Shown: positions 47,300 to 63,708 of the stretch, in pieces
How positions within the stretch are numbered: position 1 is the first letter of the stretch
How the letters are laid out: the number at the start of each line of letters is the position of its first letter
Assembly (NCBI RefSeq): GCF_009914755.1
Contig: NC_060931.1
Strand: one strand, 5' to 3'
Source of the DNA: the human T2T-CHM13v2.0 reference genome, Homo sapiens
DNA length: 64,000 nt
The notes under the pieces: model-generated
Told to the model about the DNA's origin: nothing
Seen by the model: the letters and a program-made list of their open reading frames with translations, nothing else
The model's database searches: none
Program-made: the position numbers and the translations under genes

Positions 47300-49437
47300 G
47301 TGAGGACCAGACCCCCCACTTCGCGCCCCCGGATCCCCTCGCTGCCCCCCACCGCTCCCCGCTGTGCTCTCGGATCTTGCCGCTTTGCGCACCCACCTCT
47401 CCCCGCATTCTCCACCTTTCCCTACCTTCCCATCTCGCCCACCCCCTCAGCATCCATTTCTGTCTCTCCCACTCGCCCACCTTCCTACTCCGCTCTCTGT
47501 CATACCCTCTTCCCTTCCTCTAGAGGTGGGAGAGCTGGGATGTTACGCTTCCCTCTTACCCTTTGCCCCCTCTGCCTGGGCCGGTTGGGGTGGGCATCTG
47601 CTAGAAAGACAACTTTCGCTGTGGTTGGAGGTATTTCGCTTAGAGGATACCATTGTGCATAAAGAAACTGGCCCGCTTGGCGTCTTCTTTCAGCCCTTGT
47701 ATTTATTAATGGAATGTCGAAAGAGAAAAGGAGAACCGTGTTTAATATGATTGGCTTTACTGTTGTTAGGACGGTAGATTCGCTAAAAGAAGCATGAAAT
47801 TGGACTCACTGGGGCAGAACAAAATTTATGGCCAGTAGCTCTGACATTCTTGGAAATAAGAGTTATCTATTATTTTCCAATTTACCAATACCGTGTTGTG
47901 TTATTTTTGGACACGTAACAAAGGATTCTATTTAGTCTGAAACCCACGGGGGTCTTTGGAACGAGGAAATGGGTTAATGGTTTGCTTTTTATATAAAAGA
48001 CATATTGAATGATTTGGTGCTTTATTTTTTTAAAAGTGTATGAGAAAAACACTGTAGGAAGTTCTGAAAGCTTGTTGGTTGTCTTTAGAATGAAAAGCCA
48101 GTGAGTAATTGTAAGGATTGTGCCAGACAGTAGAGCTAGAAAGAATGAATGGGAAAGAAAAAGGAATTTTCTCAAATAGCTGCTCCTGGCAAGTCCCACC
48201 CCTTCTGCTTACAACCCTCTTTCCCTAACACACCCAGACACACACCCTCATTTACAGCCCCTTGTATTACACAACATGCCCAAATCTCATTTTTATGGCA
48301 ACCCAAGCTAAAATACCATGGAGTGCAGTGTGCAAGTGTTTTCTCTTTGTGGTGTAAGGCAAACATGCATGCAGCATTGCACCAGCTTTTATTTATTTAC
48401 ACTGCTTGTGGTTTGTGTGTCCGCAGTGTATTTCATAAAATGAAAACATTTAAAAGTGTCATTTCATTTCCTTGTGTATGCTCCTAGGAAGATGTTTCTT
48501 TTCTTTGCAGGATTACATGTTGAAATGGATTATAAAATTAGTGTATTTTTAGTTTCTCCAAAAGAATCCCAGAAACCCTGGAAATTAGTGCGCTGTGAAG
48601 ATAAAAGTGAAGCTTGTTACTTACAATTTTAATTTTGGACTTCTAAATGTTTCCCCAAGAGGATAAACATAGTCTTAATAATTCTTTTTGCACAAGAATC
48701 GAATCAAAAGCTTTTCCTACCAGAAACGAGAAAGAGAAAAGAATGCATGTTTTAAATAGGTAAGAAGCAGCAGCCAGTAACGGATGACAGAAAGGGCAGA
48801 GATATCTAATACTTCTTTTATGCTCCTGACATGTTCGTGCACACACACAAAGGGGAAAAAAAGGACTCTTTTCCCAGGTTGGAGAAAACTAGGAACTAAG
48901 GGGCTTGGTAAAGACCATATATATATATATATTCTGTATGATATGTTGTTAATATAATCAAAATATTTTGTTTGTATAATGCATTTGTTGAAGTACTTTG
49001 CATTGATGATTGCATTTTCTCCTTATAACAATATATTGCGCACAGAAAAGATTCCATTTTCATTTTGTAGTGAAGAAATAAGCCGTTAACTTCTGAACAG
49101 CAGGGGTCATTTTATATGGCTTTATATTCTCCAAGGCACCTTTGCTGTAAAAATTGCTCAGTGTGACTTAAACAAGTTAAACTTGTTAAACAATTGCACT
49201 ATTTACTCCCTAGCCTCACCCCCAAGGACTTTAAAACTTTTTGACTGCAACCAAATACAATTTGATCATTATCCAGGAGGCACATACATCTGTATAACAG
49301 AAACTTTGGCAATAGTACAGGTACTTCCTTCTGTCAGATGCAGTGCTTTTTGATATTTCCTATTTGAATCAGTTATTTCTCCCTATTTTAAATTGTATTG
49401 AGACCTCCAGTTGAAAAACATTTAATTATAGGCTACA

Positions 49438-49611
49438 AAGTGATTGGCAAGGTTTCTTGTAAAGGGCCGGTTAGTAAGTGTTTTAGACTTAGGGCAACAT
49501 GTGGTCTTGATCACTTCTTCTTCAGTTTTTTTTTTTAAACACATACACCTTCTGAGGGTTGCGGTTGTACAAAATTAGCTGCAGATCAAGGCCATAGCTT
49601 GCCGACCCCTG
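49438..49611 (+). mobile_element. MER58 (hAT-Charlie)
   Basis: ttggcaa...tgtaaagggcc...tagtaagtgttttag...catagcttgccgacccctg. Confidence 0.8.
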
Positions 49612-52415
49612 GTTAGAAGAAAAAAAAAAAAGTCAAAATAGTACCATTGGGGGAAAAAACAGGAGTGATCCTAAAAAGTATGAGCCTATCAGTTTGACAT
49701 CTATGTCCAGAAATGTGTCTCATTAGAAAAGAACCCCAGATACTGGGCAATTCTGGCATAGTAAAGAATAAGGATTGGAAAACAAGTCTTAATTTACTAT
49801 GACACAGCACAAGACCTGCTGGGTCAGTAATTCTGAAATTTTCATAGATATCTCAAGGAAGTTTGATTCAGAAATGACCATTACCCTGTACCATTTTTGG
49901 AGAGCTTTTTTAAATAGGTTGAGATGGGACATGATATCCTTTTCTTCCCCCTCAGTAGACATCCCACCCAGGTCATTCTGATATCAATAGTTCCATGACT
50001 GTACTTTGGAAAACATTAACAGATAGTGATAATACTATATTCTTCTTAACATTTAAAACATAATTGCCGTTAGTTGACAATTGCTGTGTGCTGTCTAAAT
50101 GCTTTAATTTTTTTGTCTCAGCTTTATGAGAACGATAAGGCCATCACTTGCCCAGTGTTTCACGTGAGCTGCAAAATCAAGATTGGGATACAGGTGGACC
50201 TGGCTTCATCCCTGTGCTCTTGACTGCCCGATTCTATCTCCAGATGGGGCTGGGGCTAGCATAACCTGAGTATCCCTTATATGTCAAGCTCTATTTGGGA
50301 CCCTTAATGTGTTTTATTGTTAAAGCTCTGAAAAATTAACTTGTCCAAGGTCACACATAAAACGAGTAAGTAGGGAAGCCTGATTTCTTACTCTTATGTA
50401 TCTAACCTTGAAGCCCAGGATGATCAGGGAGTTCTTAAATGGAATTTGTTCTGTGGGCTGACTCACAAGTCAGGTTTTCCTGTTTTTTTTTCTTTTAGTA
50501 ATGCTGATGGATTTGCATTGTTGGTTCATATCCTCTCTTGTGAATGTCTTTAACGTAAGTGATGGTATTTATGAGAGGTTGGAGTTAAAAGGCAAGTTTT
50601 TGACCATGCAACTTGTGCCCATTGACAAACGTAGGACAAACGTAGGGATCAAGCATGTGACCTTGACCTTATAATGTGGTGGTTTAATCAAATAAGCCAG
50701 GCACCTGCAGTTAGCTGGAAAAAATGTTGTCTGGCCAGGGGTCGGTGATTTTTGAGGGTCAGGTGGTGTGGCTGTAGGTGGCGCTAGAGCAAACAGTCAG
50801 ATGGGTGAAGGTCATCTTCTTTCCTACCTTTCCAAAGGATCCCTTCCTCTTCTAATAGCTTTCTTTTCCCTCTCCTATTCTCTTCCAGTCTTATAAATTC
50901 TAATTGTTACTTTCCATTTGCTATCAATTCTGGTCGAAAGAGCAAGCTTTAGATGTTAGAATGATAGTGGCTTATGGTGACCCTTTCTAGGGAAACTCTC
51001 AAAGGCCAGAAAGAAGCCATAATGGAAACCTCTTGGCATCTACTCTGTCTCCCTCTTCCCCGTCCTAGAGAAAGCAAATACAGTTTGACATGTCATGTCT
51101 GAAAGGGTAGCATCCCTAGGCCTTGAATTTCTTAGAAGGTTTACGGTAGGCTATAGCATTGCATCAGTACTAGTTTGGAGTAAAATCTGTGGTAATTCAT
51201 GATTTTATATAGGCATCATCAAGAGATCTTGTGTTGCCCCATAATTTCTTCAGTGGAATTGCTGAAACAAAAAATGAAGTAAATACCATTCAGATTACTC
51301 TGATAAATGGACAAGTGGTCAGAAACAAAATTAACTACACATGGGCACATGCAGAGCAGTCAACCTGGGAGAAAAAATAACTACCGTGATAGAAAATAAA
51401 GAGCTGATTTTCTGAGTTATAGAAGAAAAAGATCTAGAGTTCAAAGTAGATACACATACCAAAAATATAGACTCATACCCCATAAGACAAGCATATCAAA
51501 AGTAATAAATAGAAATTTACCATGTAATAACTGTGGCTTAATCCTCTTAACTCTGTCCCATGTCCAGTCTTGTTGGAATCTTACCTACCTTTTGGTTTTT
51601 ACAGTTCAAAGGGAATTTGGAGAATTTACAAAACATCCTTAAGGTCAAGCAAAATATTGTAAAGTTTATATCATTGATATAAAATCTTACAGAGTTATAT
51701 ACTTTTTTTTTTGCAGAATAGCAATTTCATTGTGTTTTATGGAAATGAATCCAGTATTGCACTTCTTGGCGAGGTGAAGCAGGGAATGAGCTTATGTGGC
51801 AGTTTTACTTAGGATTTAATGTTATACAGTAATAAAATCCATATCTTTTCAGCTCATAATTTGTAGCTAAGAGCTCCAGGATTTTGTAATTAATGAGACT
51901 TTATAGTTTTTGGCTATTAGAGATTTACATGGTGGTTTTAAATCCTCCTGAAATGGATTAAATCATTCATGACAATGGCTAAAATATTGAAGCCATTATT
52001 TTAGTTATGAGCATAAAACAATAGTGTCAGAAAAGATAATAAAAATTATTTTGAGTTAGAGATAGTGATTGTGATTTTCAAAGCAGAAGTTAAGAACATT
52101 ATTCATTTTACTAGTAATAGTAGGTGGATTGCTTTAGGGGTTGAAATTGGGAAACCAAAAAACCCCTTCTCTTACCATCTATTACTTTGGGCTTTGGAAG
52201 AAGGGTGGTAGAGGGAGAAAGATAATGAAGTCAGAAGGGAAAGGGGGAGGGAGAGAGCAAGAGAGAAGTAAAACCAGTTGTGAAGGCTTGCTTGAGTAAC
52301 TTACACTTTGAAGACATACAATGGAAACACCTAAACAGAAATTGAAGCATTAGTACTTTAATTTTTCTATCAAAAACCAAACCATTTAGCTATTATTTTA
52401 GATAAGACAGTTACC

Positions 52416-52446
<31 letters not shown>

Positions 52447-52936
52447 TGTGGATGCACATAAATTGATGTGCTGTGTCTGGGTAGAACAGGAGTGAATATT
52501 GAATGGTTATTTTATTGTTGCAAATCTCATTCCATGGATTCCAGTAAATTTCCAGCCGTCAAGATTTTGTTAACAGCTATGTTGAAAAACAATTGTGTTT
52601 CTTTTTCAGTTGTGCAAATACAAACAGGGGACCTATGAATCCATCAATTTGGGGTTTATTTTTGACCCATTAAGAAAATCGTTTGTCAGTAGTAGTAGTA
52701 ATAAAGTCCTACAGTGGAGGTTGGGGAATGATGGAATATTTTAAGGTGAGAGATTCAGTGAAGAAGACTGAAGTGACTAACTGCAGGGTCTACTTTAGAA
52801 GTGTGGAGAATCACAGAAAGTGCTGAGATCTGGGATGGCCTATTAGAAACAATGTGTGAAACTTGGAAGGTAGGATAGTTCTTATTTTAAGAAAAAAGAA
52901 ATGATTCGTCTTACATTTACTCTCTTTAGACTTCAT

Positions 52937-53080
52937 TTTTTTCTGTTTTTGTTTGTTTTTTGGTAGAGATGGGTCTTCCTTTCTTGCCCAGGCTGGTCTT
53001 GAACTCCTGGCTTCAAGCAGTCCTTTTGCCTCAGCTTCCGAAAGTGTTGGAATTAGAGGCGTGAGCCACTGCTCCCTGCC
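52937..53080 (-). mobile_element. FLAM_C-like monomer
   Basis: Single reverse left arm, TSD tagactt. Confidence 0.85.
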
Positions 53081-54220
53081 TAGACTTAAGACACCATCCT
53101 TTTGTCAGAGATGGCCTCATAGATAGTATGTATGATCAATTTTGTTAATAGATGGGGCAGGTGAGAGACAGAGAAGTTCCTTATCCAAATTTGGTAGGTT
53201 TTGGCCTTATAAATTTGAGTTTGTTCATACAACTGTTGCCAACATTTTGTGCGCTATTTATATTAACTTACATCATATGAATTTTTTCTGTCTTCCATCA
53301 AGTTGATTGATAAGGTTTAAAAGGATGGGCTAAAGAAAAGTACTTTTGTCTTCAGAATTTCCAGGTTTTTTTGTTCTTTGATTCTTTTTCAATGAAGTGA
53401 AATCTAATATTAGACTATATTTTCCTATCACTTGCTTAAGAAGAGACAATGGAAAAGAAACAAGAATGCAGTGATTTTTCTGAATTGAATGAATTGTTAC
53501 TGTGTTCTTGATCCTGTTCTTGTCCTTCCTGTCTTATCTATATCATCTAGTTGTGGTTGGGACAGTCACAAAATCCTACTCTAAAAACCTCACTATGATG
53601 CTTATCATTATTTTATGAGAGCGAATTTTGTGCTTCACAAATTCAAAATGACTCAGACGGTTTCATTATGTAATTTTATGGAAAGAATTTGAGCTAAAAT
53701 TTTCAGGTCATGGCTTACATGACAACAAAACAATCAAATAAGAAAATCAGAACTATAAACAGTTGGTGTAACATTTATAAATGTTTCAGCAATAGGCTCT
53801 GCCATGTGTAGCTTAATATGTTTGGAAACTAAAAAAAAAAGTCTTTCCAGTTGCTGCTGTTTAAAAATGTTTCTTAATTAAAAAAAAGACAAAAGGTCAA
53901 AATGTAAACACATGTTCCACATAAAAGTGAAGCCAAGAAGATATACTGTATACAGTTATTCCTGTATCTGTTTGACTAAGGATGACATTGTTTAATTTAC
54001 ATTAGCTGTTCCAAGACAAAATAGTCCATGGGAGTGATGTTGAGGGGAATTTGGGGGGTAAAAAGAGAAGGAAAAAAGCCGTTTGTTCCATTTGTTCTAA
54101 TATATTTCAGTTACACCCAAAGAGCATCTTTTTCAAAGGTCATGTTGAATTAAAACATGATTCGGCTGTTTCGTTCTCATTATTATAGAAAACTAATGTC
54201 TTTTAAATGGTGTCCTTTTA

Positions 54221-54532
<312 letters not shown>

Positions 54533-54907
54533 TTAATACTAGTTATTATTAACATTTTTGACTACTGATGTATCAGATGTGGAACAGTGCTTTACACATT
54601 GTCATCTGAACAGATGCTTTACACATATGTGATTTAGTCTTCCCCAGAGTAATTGGTGGAATCAAGGTTTGAACCTGGTAATCTGACTTCAGGGTCTTCC
54701 TCTTCAACCACGGTTTATACACTTCATTTCAGTAATTCTTTTAGCAGTAACGTGGTTGAAAATAAGCACATATCAAAAAATAAGCTACCTACTTTTCCCT
54801 CTAAAAGTTTGCAGGCTAGCCCTGCATTGATCTCTCCCTTTTACAATTTGCATTCTCTGTCTATTCAACCCAAATTAGCATTTCATGTACCTTAGAAACT
54901 CAGTACA

Positions 54908-55215
54908 TTTGTTTATTTTATTTTATTTTGTTTTTGACAGAGTCTTGCTCTGTTGCCCAGGCTGGAGTGCAGTGGTGCCATCTTGGCTCACTGCAGCCTC
55001 TGCCTCTGGGTTCAAGTGATTCTCCTGCCTCAGCTTCCTGAGTAGCTGGGATTACAGGTGTGTGCCACCATGTCTGCCTAATTTTTGTATTTTTGGTAGA
55101 GACAAGGTTTTTCCATGTTGGCAAGGCTGGTCTGGAACTCCTGGCCTCAAGTGATCCCACCTGCCTCAGCCTCCCAAAATACTGGGATTATAGGCAAGAG
55201 CCACCACACCCAGCC
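54908..55215 (-). mobile_element. AluS
   Basis: Full reverse dimer, TSD tacattt. Confidence 0.92.
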
Positions 55216-55607
55216 TACATTTATTTATTTTAGAAATAATCACCTCATGTACTGAGCTGCTTAATTCTCTAAATTTATTTTATTATATACCTTTATTAGC
55301 AAAATATATTTGAGTGTACACCCCAATATATGTTGATAAATTTTATACATGTGACAATATATTGACTTATATGTATGATAAAGCTTCCTACAATATAAAT
55401 TTTGAAAGGAGAAAGTAAAAAGCAATTCTAAGCAAGTTGTAATTTTCTCCTACATCCCAACATATAGCCTTATACACTGTTTTGGCATACATGAACCCCG
55501 TTTTGGAGACTACAGCTGTAAACAATACCACTTAAATTGATACTCTAGTAATATATAAAGTAGCCATGATCAATTTTGGTTCCCTGATTCAAGCTTCTAG
55601 ATTATAA

Positions 55608-55609
<2 letters not shown>

Positions 55610-55657
<48 letters not shown>
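55610..55657. repeat. (GT)n microsatellite
   Basis: About 24 uninterrupted GT units. Confidence 0.97.
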
Positions 55658-56153
55658 TTTTTTAAAAGACAGTCACTCGGTAAGTTAATTGACTCAACAG
55701 AAGTTGGCAGAATACAGAGGAAAATTCTATCTTATAAAAAGGAAGTAAAACTACGTTACCTGAAGGGGAAAATCCAGGCTTTTTCTTTTAAAACCTGTTT
55801 TCCTGTATATACCTTGAATTCCAATTGTATAGTGGTAATGTTTTTGGTGCAACATTTGTGGATGGGACAAAGAGAATCGTATTATAGTTTTCTGGTTAGG
55901 AATCAGTAAATTATGGAAATACCAGTCAGAATTAGAAGAAAGTCTAAAGTTTAGAATAGTTGAAAAGAAATGCAATTTCATAGAGTATTTCAGGTTATTT
56001 TGTTAGGAGAGAGATCGTTCACTATTTGCTTTCTTGTAACTTTTGAAAAATGTTTAGCATGTGCTTGGATTACCTATTAAATAAGTGTAAAAATACATGA
56101 AAGAAAGGCAATTCTTTTGTAAATATGCATTAAGTAGTAAATAAAACACAGTA

Positions 56154-56460
56154 GGCCGTGTGTGGTGGCTCACAGCCTGTAATCCCAGCACTTTGGGAGG
56201 CCGAGGCGGGCGAATCATGAGGTCAGGAAATCGAGACCATCCTGACTAACTTGGTGAAACCCCGTCTCTACTAAAAATACACACAAAAAAATTAGCCTGG
56301 CGTGGTGGCAGTTGCCTGTAGTCCCAGCTACTCGGGAGGCTGAGGCAGGAGAATGGCGTGAACCCGAGAGGCAGAGCTTGCAGTGAGCTGAGATCGCAGC
56401 ACTGCTTGACAGAGTGAGACTCCATCTCAAAACAAAACAAAACAACAAAACAAACAAAAA
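56154..56460 (+). mobile_element. AluY-like with a short 3' deletion
   Basis: GAATGGCGTGAAC and GAGCTTGC present. CACTGCTTGACAGAG junction. Confidence 0.92.
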
Positions 56461-56903
56461 CCACGGTATATAGCGGCACATGACATGATTCTAAATTGAT
56501 ATAGCCAAATATTCTTGTCTTAAGTCATTCTCTTGGTCCTGAATTCTCACTCCCCTCTCCCTGTCTTTCTGCTAAATCTCACTCTTTTCCCAAAGGTTTA
56601 GTTTATATTTTACCCTACCAAATATTTTTGCAAGTTTCCCTCCTTGACGTTAATACTATCAATATGGTAGGATGAATATGGCCTCCATCAGTCAACTTTG
56701 CAGATGTCAAGGGTCCTCAGTCTAGGTAGGCAAGAATGTGCAGGAATATACCCTCTCTTTCTAAGTCTTTCCTGTATGTGTTGTGCTTTGCTCACAGTAG
56801 GTGTGCAAATGTTTTTTAAAATATTGAACACTGTCTAATGGTAAATGTGTATGAATGTAAAATGATTGAAAACTTCTTAGGCATGTAAATATTTTAAATA
56901 GAC

Positions 56904-58811
<1,908 letters not shown>

Positions 58812-59634
58812 TTAAATAGACTTTTAATAATAGTCTCCTAGTAATGTTTTACATTACTGTATTTTAAGATGTTTCATAAAATATAAAAGCTTTAGCCTAT
58901 CTTCAGTTCAGTCTCATAGATTTGGACTTCGTTGTATTAAAAATACAACGTGAGGCTTGGGCCTGACATTTGAACACTACAAAATGCACAGAACGCACGT
59001 GCACAGGCTTCTTTTGCCTGTAGGATTTCATATTGTAATTGAGGTGACATTCTGGCCCCCCACAAACCACTAATGCTGTATGTCATTGCATCTGCTTATG
59101 TGAACTCTGTGCTTAATCTAAAACTGATCTATTGCCCTGAACCTGCTTTGTCCATTTCCATCTTTTTGCGTTTCCTCATCATTCCTGCCACTCTGCAAGG
59201 CAAGCTGCCTTCCTCCCTCTGTTGCTTGAATTCTGCTGACCCCTCAAGACCCACTTGCTGTTTGGACTCCTCCAGTTTTTCCTCTAGCTCCAGCACAGAC
59301 CTGTCTCTTTAAGATTGAAATGGACATATCCACCCGCTTACCAAATACCTTTGCTTGCATGTTCTTCAGCCACCTCCATACAATTTTATCCTAAACTGAA
59401 TGTGTTCTCTCGTTCCTCAGTTCTTCTCTCCTGTACTGTGATGTCATTCTTTTTTTTTTTTCCCACTCCACTAATTTTCATAAACGTGGTCACTAGAGCT
59501 CCTTTTCCTTTGCCTCATACTTTTTAAACCTGGCAATTTGCTTTTATGGAAAAAAGCAAAAATAAACCAGATTGCTTTTAGTTGCCAAAAATTTAAGAGT
59601 AATTATGTGAAACATCTGAAATAGTGGAAGCTTT

Positions 59635-59852
59635 TTTAAGAGTGTGATTTCATTTTGGTATAGACTCTAGATTTGAAGCCTGACTCTGCCATTTATAACT
59701 TTTGGGAACTTGAATAAGTTACGTATTTTATGATGAGTGCCTCATTTTCCTCATCTATGAAATGGGAATAAAGATAGTACCTATCTCAGAGGGATGTTTT
59801 GAGAATTAAATGAATTAACAGTACCTGGCATACGCTAAGCATTAATGTGTGT
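59635..59852 (+). mobile_element. MIR
   Basis: gcctcattttcctcatctatgaaatgggaataa...gtacctatctcagaggg...gagaattaaatga. Confidence 0.8.
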
Positions 59853-61090
59853 TAAAAAAAAACACAACAAAACCAAAAGGAAACAAACAAATACAAGTTT
59901 TAGAATTCAATGAGAACACGACAGTTTAAAAAAAATGAAATTTGATTAGAAATATAAGCTAGAGATTGCTCTCAAGCCAGTATAGTAATAGTACTTTTAA
60001 AAAGTTATTAATGAAAAATATGAAAGTAAAGTCTTTAAATCTTTTAGTTAAGTGTTTCAAATTTTTAAAAACTTGCAGTTCTTTAAATCTTATGTCCTCC
60101 TTTAATTCCATTTGAAATTTGAGGTAAATAGTCCGACTTGGAAAAAAAAGTAAAAAAAAAAAAAAGATGGGATAAAGCTTTGCTTTGTTTTCATACCATC
60201 CTTTCCCCTGAGAAACAGTGTTTAACTGATAGAGTAAATAGATGTGTGTGTACACAGTCTCCAAGTTTATGGTCTTAAATTTAAGGTTTAGCAGGTAATT
60301 TTTGAACAATTTAGGAACCTGTAGGTAGAAGTATTGAAAATTGTTACTTTATTTAAATGAGGCAGATGCTTGTAGAAAAACAAAACTGTGTGCCTGAAAT
60401 ACAAATTAATTGGCAAACAATTAGTTGGCATTAAATTGACAGCTTGTTGCCCTTTCCTCATGTCATAATATTTATAAAAGTAAGCTCATGGTGGGACAAA
60501 TTAATACATCTCCAAGTCTTACATTAGTATGTGTTTTTATTCTGAAAACTTATAATTCTGTACTTATTCAACTACAAATTGCTAATAATTTATTTTTAGA
60601 AGAAAATAAAGACAATCTTTTGAGATCTTTGTTTTTACATGAAGTTTGTTCATACGTCTTTGATTTTTTTATTTGACTGTTAACAGCAGTTTACCAGCCA
60701 AGCAATATTAGGACTTTTGATGCATAATAATTCCTTGAAATACCTTTCTTGTAATTCCTTAAATGGAATCCAAAAGGTATTTTAGTGTTTGAATTTTAAC
60801 AAAAACCCGTTTGTAAAAAGAATATTTTATGAAAAATATTTTAGGAGCACATTTTACATTAAAGTACATTTTGAACTAATTTGGTTGGGCTGATAGTATC
60901 GGAGCATAGTGAGAGATTTTTATCTGCCAAAACTGAGTAGAGCAGAATTTTTTTTCTCTTTTACTTGTTGTGACGTATTTTCAATATAGAGAAAGACACA
61001 GATAAATGAGGAACACTCATATAAGCAGTCCTCTAGCTCTGACAGATTTTAACATTTTGGCACCCTTCAAGGTTTTTTATTTTTTTTCCT

Positions 61091-61370
61091 GGCCACGCAC
61101 GGTGGCTCACGCCTGTATTCCCAGCCCTTTGGGGGAGACCAAGACGGGCAGATCACCTGAGGTCAGGAGTTCGAGACCACCCTGGCCAACATGATGAAAC
61201 CCCATCTCTACTAAAAATACAAAAATTAGCCGGATGTAATGGCACATGCCTGTAATCCCAGCTTCTTGGGAGGCTGAGGCAGGAGAATCGCTTGAACCCA
61301 GGAGGCCAAGGTTGCAGTGAACTCCAGCGTGGGTGACAGAGTAAGACTCTGTCTCAAAAAAAGAAAAAAA
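61091..61370 (+). mobile_element. AluS with a right-arm deletion
   Basis: GTTGCAGTGAACTCCAGC junction. Confidence 0.92.
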
Positions 61371-61399
61371 GTTATTTTTTTTTCTTTTAAAATATACCA

Positions 61400-63600
61400 C
61401 ATGTGCAGTAGGAGGAGGCCCCTCGTGTACTCTCTCCTGTCCCATTCCATCAACTTCTCTCTCCGGAGATAACCACCACCATGATGCATTTAGTGTTTGT
61501 GTTTCTGGTATGTGGTTTTGTAGTATTACTACATAGGCATTAGGTTAGAAATTTGTATAAATTTTGCACTTATAAAAGTTTCTTTTATGTAAATTATTAT
61601 CCATCAACTTGTTTTTGAGAAGGGCATTTGAGATGTTACATTGATTCATGTAGTTCTAGTTCTCTAGTTCATTTATTTTAACATTACTTCTATGTAGTAT
61701 ACCCTTGTATAAATATACACTTTATCCATTCTTTGGTAAATATTTTGGTTGTTCCCAATTTTTTGTTATAGTGCTGTAGTGAATGTGTGTGTGTGTGTGT
61801 GTGTGTATGTGTGTTAGGCAAATGTAGTTTTTAAAGATAGTTTTCAGTGTGTGGTCTGGATACCTCTGGGGGACCATTTCCCTCTCTTCCCAGACCTTGC
61901 AAGAGTCCATAGGATGAAAATTATAATAATACTTCTAAGATTTTCTTTGCCTTTTTTTCTCTCATGCTCTCAGCGTGATAGCTTACGGTGGAGTTTTCCA
62001 GAGGGTATATGATGTATGATATTGCGACAGATTGAATGCAGGAGCAAATACGAGAACCCAGCCATCTTCTATCATACCAGATTTGCAAAAATGTAAAACA
62101 AAGTCATTCTAAATTTTACTAAGTTTTGTTTGTTTTGGAAAATATAGTTTTTTTAATCAAAATATGTTATTAGTAACGTGTAAGTTCCTTTAAATTCATA
62201 TTTTAAGTATTTATCAGTTTTAATTTATAATACAATAAATATCAATGGATATAACCATATACACAAATAATTTTTGAGAGTATATAGAGATTTTGAGATC
62301 GAAAAGTTTGTGGACTGCTGCTATAGGGTATGTACCTAAGTGTGGAAAGGTTGATTGTAGGGGTGCACAGCTTTGACTTCACCTCACATTGTCATATCTG
62401 CTTTATAAAGGTGTTGCACCAGTTTGTACTGTCATCAGCAGTATGAGTCCCTGATTTTCACATTGAAGCGAACATTCAATATTGTCAGATTTCAACAAGC
62501 TTTGACAGTAGGATGGATGTCAGGTAGCATCTTACTGTGAATTGAATTTGTTTTCCTCTTATTGCTAGTGACATTGAACATCTTTTCCTGTTCATTGACT
62601 GTATTTGTAGTTTATTTTCTTTGAAAATTTTTTGCCATTTTTCCCATCTGGCTGATTGTGTTTTTCTTACTGATTTGTAGAAGGATTTCCCTCCTTCCCT
62701 CCCGCCCTCCCTTCCTCTCTTCCTTCCTTCCTTCCTTCCTTTAATGTTCTGGCTACCAACCCTATGTTGGCAATAGTCATTGAAAAAAATCTCCCAATCT
62801 TAGGTTTGTCTTTTCATTTTGTTTACAATAACTTTGAACATAATTTTTAATTTTAATGTAGGCTAATGTTAATCATTCCTTTTGCTTGTGATTTTTTTTG
62901 CCTTGTTTAAGGATTTCATCACTAACCCAAATTAAAAAGGTAATCTCTTTATTTTCCTGCAAAAATTTGTAAGTCTTGAGTTTCATCTTTAAGGCTTTAA
63001 TCTATAATTTATTCTTATATATGGTATGAATTAGGGAATCTCATTTCATTATTTTAGTATGCATCATGTATTGACTCATTTTTTCCCCCACTGATTTTTA
63101 AATGTTAAATTTCCATTTATCTGTGAATGTACAAATTTCCACATACATGTGAATGTACTTCAAGCTTCTGTTCTGTTCTATTGGGTTTGCTGTCCTTTCC
63201 TCAATGCCTCTTTCCCTTAATTAATGTGACTTTAAAATGGTCTTGATATATGGTATGGTAACTCTCACTTTTTTTTTTGCTTTAAAATGATTTAATCATT
63301 TGTAGGCTTTTATTAGTCCATAAAACTTTTAGGATATGCTTCTTCAGTTTTGTAGAAAATCTTTATTGGTAGTTTTATTGGAATTGCTTGAATTTATAAA
63401 CAAAGTTGGAGATGACAGATATTTTAATGATACTGAGTCTTCCTATCCATGAACATGATATATCTCCCTTTATTCAGTCTTCCTTTCATATTCTTCAATA
63501 ATGTTTTATAATTTTCTCCATAAGGATTTTGCTATCTTTTCTTAGGTTTATTCCTATGTAACTTATCACAACTGGGATTTTTAAAATTATACATTTTAAT
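61400..63600 (-). mobile_element. Ancient L1M (ME/MC-like) fragments
   Basis: T-rich degraded L1 ORF2/3'UTR, for example tgagtcttcctatccatgaacatgatatatctccc. Confidence 0.65.
61838..62320 (+). mobile_element. hAT-Charlie (Charlie1-like) DNA transposon inside the old L1
   Basis: gtggagttttccagagg...acagattgaatgcagg...gatttgcaaaaatgtaaaaca...aaagtttgtggactgctg. Confidence 0.75.
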
Positions 63601-63708
63601 TTGCTGTTGCTGAGAATATATAACAGGAACTGGTAAAGTTCAATAATAAGAAGACCCTAATCAAACTGAGCAAAGACTTGAACACGTCAATAAAGAAGAC
63701 CTAAGAAT

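Larger units (their letters stand above)
46454..47420. promoter_or_regulatory. PRKAR2B: CpG island: TATA-less GC-rich promoter, 5'UTR and exon 1 of PRKAR2B
   Basis: Very high GC and dense CpG against AT-rich, CpG-poor flanks. Tandem GGGGCGGGG GC boxes at 46696-46710. No TATA box near the expected start. The exact TSS cannot be read from sequence. Confidence 0.93.

Noticed and set aside
46405-47415. 336-aa antisense ORF and other overlapping ORFs across the CpG island
   Set aside because: Stop codons are rare in very GC-rich DNA and opposite a real exon. The products are Ala/Arg/Pro/Gly low-complexity with no recognisable domain.
47300-47523. In-frame continuation of the exon-1 ORF (GEDQTPHF...)
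   Set aside because: It is read-through past the GTGAGG donor into a pyrimidine-rich intron start and does not resemble RII-beta.
51270-51700. Possible CR1/L3 relic or cryptic exon
   Set aside because: Resemblance too weak to call without an HMM search. No open frame with convincing splice sites.
54573-54626. Small duplications such as gaacag(a)tgctttacacat twice here, and a ~26-bp duplication near 63107-63158
   Set aside because: Real but short slippage-type events inside old repeats, with no sign of function.
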